64,000 nt of DNA from Bdellovibrionales bacterium (GTDB lineage Bacteria; Bdellovibrionota; Bdellovibrionia; Bdellovibrionales; UBA1609), in the NCBI GenBank assembly GCA_027459485.1, contig DAIDIG010000008.1, positions 7,402 to 71,401 of the forward strand, read 5' to 3'. Position 1 is the stretch's first letter. Each line of letters opens with the position of its first letter. Shown one piece after another: positions 61,651 through 64,000 of the stretch. The translations under genes and the position numbers were made by a program. The notes beneath the pieces are model-generated. The model saw only the letters and a list, made by a program, of their open reading frames with translations. It had not been told where the DNA came from and made no database searches.

Positions 61651-61686
61651 AGCGGCGCTAAAATATTGCCTGAGAACTTGCGGCGA

Positions 61687-63102
61687 TCAACCGGCTGAGC
61701 GGTGTTGGCTCACGTGGAGCTCCGCCTCACGGAATGGATGCCGCTTTTTAGAGAGCATTTGCTCGAGCGCTGTATTGTACCAGCTAGGTAAAATCAAAAA
61801 ATAGCCCTTCGGCAAAAATGCATTTGCGGCGACAGCGTGTTTAAGGTCGAAGTTATAAGTGAGAAGATCATCTTTCGTGATGCCTAAGCGCTTAATTAAC
61901 GTTTTTGAGCGTGTTCGACGTTCAAGCGTCACAACATTAAAGGCAGCTGGCGGCTCAGTCGTGCCAAGACCCTTGAAAATTTCATTGTGGTATTCTTGCG
62001 CGTGCAAGGCGGCCAAAAAGCAAGTGTAAAAATTCGCGCTAGCGAACTTGAAAGTGCCTTTATGGTAACGACGAATCAGCCCGGCAAGGGTTTTTGAGTG
62101 AGTCTTTTTCATGCCGTCTTTTAAACCCTCCCAACCGTGATTATAGGCGGTGATTGCCAGCGGCCAAGACTTGAATTTTCGGTAGTTTTGTTTGAACAAT
62201 TCAATCGCGACAAGCGATGACTTAAACGGAGAATTCCGTTCGTCAATCTGGTCATTGACGAGAATGAATTCCCGACCGGTATGCGGCATCAACTGCCAAA
62301 TACCGCTCGCCCCGACTTTACTTTCAGCATGAATGTTGAAGCTGCTCTCGACAAAGGGTAAGCGCGTGAGCTCAACGGGCAAACCGTTGGCTGAAAATTC
62401 CTTTTCCATAAAAGGAAGATAGCGTCCGCTTTCAGTTAACCCTGAGACAAAAAAGTCGCGCTGACCAAGCTGGATGCGTATGTTGTCAGCGGCCGCTTGG
62501 TAGACGCTTCTTCGCGGGCCGCGCAAGTGTGACAAATCGTAGGCGAGCTGGCGCTCAAGTCCAGTTAAGTGCCGTTGACTTCGGACATGCGCCAATTGGA
62601 CAAGTGCTCGATGAATTTTCACGTAATCGTTGTGAACGATTTTCTTTTCGAGCGCGTATTTCTTCCATTTGTTGATATGAGCATTATCGAAAATCTTTGA
62701 GGTGTTGACGACTTTAAAGATGATCCACGGGTAAAGAGCGTGATGAATCACAAACTCATGCGAACCGTATTTAGTATAGATAGAAAACCAAAAGCGTGTG
62801 CGAAGCCGGAGCGAGCGAGGAACCACGAAGTCTTTTGAGATCCGATGGTCGGGGTCATTAAGAGCGGAATAGGGATTAAAATTTGCGGTATCTTTATCGG
62901 CCCTCTTATCAAACGCCTTGTCGTTCGATTTATCGGCGGCCGGAGCCATGGCGGGAAGGCTTGGCAAAGCCGGCGCAGGCTTCAATGAAATCGGCGCGTT
63001 ATTCGCGGTACCGACTTGCGCGGGCAACGCTAAACCAACGACTAACCCAAGGTGAAGCGCACGTTTTATTTTGAGATTTCCGCTTATTAAAGCCATACGC
63101 AT
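61687..63102 (-). CDS. Lytic murein transglycosylase (MltD-like, SLT domain plus C-terminal LysM-like segment)
   Basis: 471-aa ORF with a signal peptide and the SLT catalytic block PFVESSFNIHAESKVGASGIWQLMPHTG...AYNHG. Confidence 0.85.
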   Translation of the reverse strand: MRMALISGNLKIKRALHLGLVVGLALPAQVGTANNAPISLKPAPALPSLPAMAPAADKSNDKAFDKRADKDTANFNPYSALNDPDHRISKDFVVPRSLRLRTRFWFSIYTKYGSHEFVIHHALYPWIIFKVVNTSKIFDNAHINKWKKYALEKKIVHNDYVKIHRALVQLAHVRSQRHLTGLERQLAYDLSHLRGPRRSVYQAAADNIRIQLGQRDFFVSGLTESGRYLPFMEKEFSANGLPVELTRLPFVESSFNIHAESKVGASGIWQLMPHTGREFILVNDQIDERNSPFKSSLVAIELFKQNYRKFKSWPLAITAYNHGWEGLKDGMKKTHSKTLAGLIRRYHKGTFKFASANFYTCFLAALHAQEYHNEIFKGLGTTEPPAAFNVVTLERRTRSKTLIKRLGITKDDLLTYNFDLKHAVAANAFLPKGYFLILPSWYNTALEQMLSKKRHPFREAELHVSQHRSAG

Positions 63103-63252
63103 AACTAATGAGCAAACGCGATGCCAGAAATTGGGCCTGGATCACTTTGATAATGGCTTGTCTTTTCAAATAGATAGGGCCAATGTACAGATATGAGATC
63201 GTCTACTATTTCGACAACTGGCGGATAATTTTTATCGGGAGCAGGTCAAAAA

Positions 63253-64000
63253 ATGGCAACCGATGAAAAAGAGATTTCGAGTTTTTCAGAGGCACATTTC
63301 ACGGCAGTCGTGAGTGATCTGCATCTCTCTGACGAACAAGTGGAGAACAAAAAGTTCCCGCTCTGGAAGAAATATAAAACCCGTCGATTCTTTTTCGACG
63401 ATGAATTTTGTCGCTTTTTGGGGCGCATTCAAGAAATGGCGGGTGGTGCGCCCATTGAGCTGGTATTAAACGGAGACATCTTTGATTTTGACAGCGTGGT
63501 GACACTACCAGAATTGCCACCCTATTACATCAGCTGGCTTGAGGCCCGACGCGGCCTTCATCCGCAAGAAGAAAAAAGCGAATTTAAAATAAAAACGATA
63601 CTGGCAGCCCATAAAGAATGGATCGATGGTTTGCGGGCATTTCTGCTGAAGGGCCATTTTGCGATTTTTACGATCGGCAATCACGACTTGGAACTTCATT
63701 TTCGAGCCGTGCAAAATGCCATCGTTGAAGCGCTCAACTTACCTGAAAATTTGCGGGCGAACGTGCGATTTTGCGAATGGTTTTACATTTCAAACGGAGA
63801 CACGCTGATCGAACACGGCAATCAGTACGACCCGTATTGTATGACTCAAGACCCGGTTCGACCATTTATCGTGAGATTCAATCGGGTCGAAGTCCGCCTG
63901 CCGTTTGGCAACCTCACAACACGATATTTGATCAACGGGATGGGGTTTTTTAATCCCCATCTCGACTCCAATTTTATCATGAGCCCCAAAGAATACGTGA
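63253..64000 (+). CDS. Calcineurin-like metallophosphoesterase (N-terminal part; runs off the window)
   Basis: Absent from the ORF track because it is open-ended. Hand translation from the ATG at 63253 gives MATDEKEISSFSEAHFTAVVSDLHLSD...LNGDIFDFD...TIGNHDLE...IEHGNQYD, the DxH / GD / GNH(D/E) / H phosphoesterase motifs. Confidence 0.8.
   Translation, partial: MATDEKEISSFSEAHFTAVVSDLHLSDEQVENKKFPLWKKYKTRRFFFDDEFCRFLGRIQEMAGGAPIELVLNGDIFDFDSVVTLPELPPYYISWLEARRGLHPQEEKSEFKIKTILAAHKEWIDGLRAFLLKGHFAIFTIGNHDLELHFRAVQNAIVEALNLPENLRANVRFCEWFYISNGDTLIEHGNQYDPYCMTQDPVRPFIVRFNRVEVRLPFGNLTTRYLINGMGFFNPHLDSNFIMSPKEYV

Overview
This window is the replication-origin neighbourhood of a roughly 50% GC Gram-negative chromosome. 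By inference, gene content and order look most like Bdellovibrio-type (Bdellovibrionota) genomes. Almost all of it is tightly packed core genome, and many genes overlap at their stop/start codons. oriC lies in the dnaA-dnaN spacer (about 23.35-23.6 kb), and gene orientation flips there. To the left, on the minus strand, run rpmH-rnpA-yidD-yidC-jag-mnmE-mnmG-rsmG, parA-parB-bactofilin, atpF'FHAGDC and an outer-membrane-like gene; mfd (plus strand) and a nuoA-nuoH-nuoJ membrane-arm cluster follow. To the right, on the plus strand, run dnaA-dnaN-recF-gyrB-gyrA, a TPR lipoprotein, atpZ-atpI-atpB-atpE and a pseudo-receiver protein. The remainder holds manB/pdxA/surA plus two further parvulin chaperones, etfBA, sdhCAB, an FHA/hydrolase pair, rpsF-membrane protein-rplI, dnaB, a fis-like gene/queE, ftsK, dapAB/folK-like/tal, orphan secreted proteins, an MltD-like transglycosylase and a truncated metallophosphoesterase. 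I found no rRNA, tRNA, CRISPR array, IS element, prophage or recognisable defence/toxin module, and I cannot point to a clear novel multi-gene system. The observations most worth follow-up are: the oriC architecture (DnaA boxes plus a DnaA-trio-like repeat); two perfect parS palindromes bracketing a lone opposite-strand lipoprotein gene; parB-bactofilin coupling; an ATP synthase split across both sides of oriC; a 577-aa pseudo-receiver protein with a long acidic linker; a nuo cluster lacking every peripheral-arm gene; and an HPPK-like protein lacking its metal-binding aspartates. All functional calls rest on motif recognition by eye. No database searches were run.
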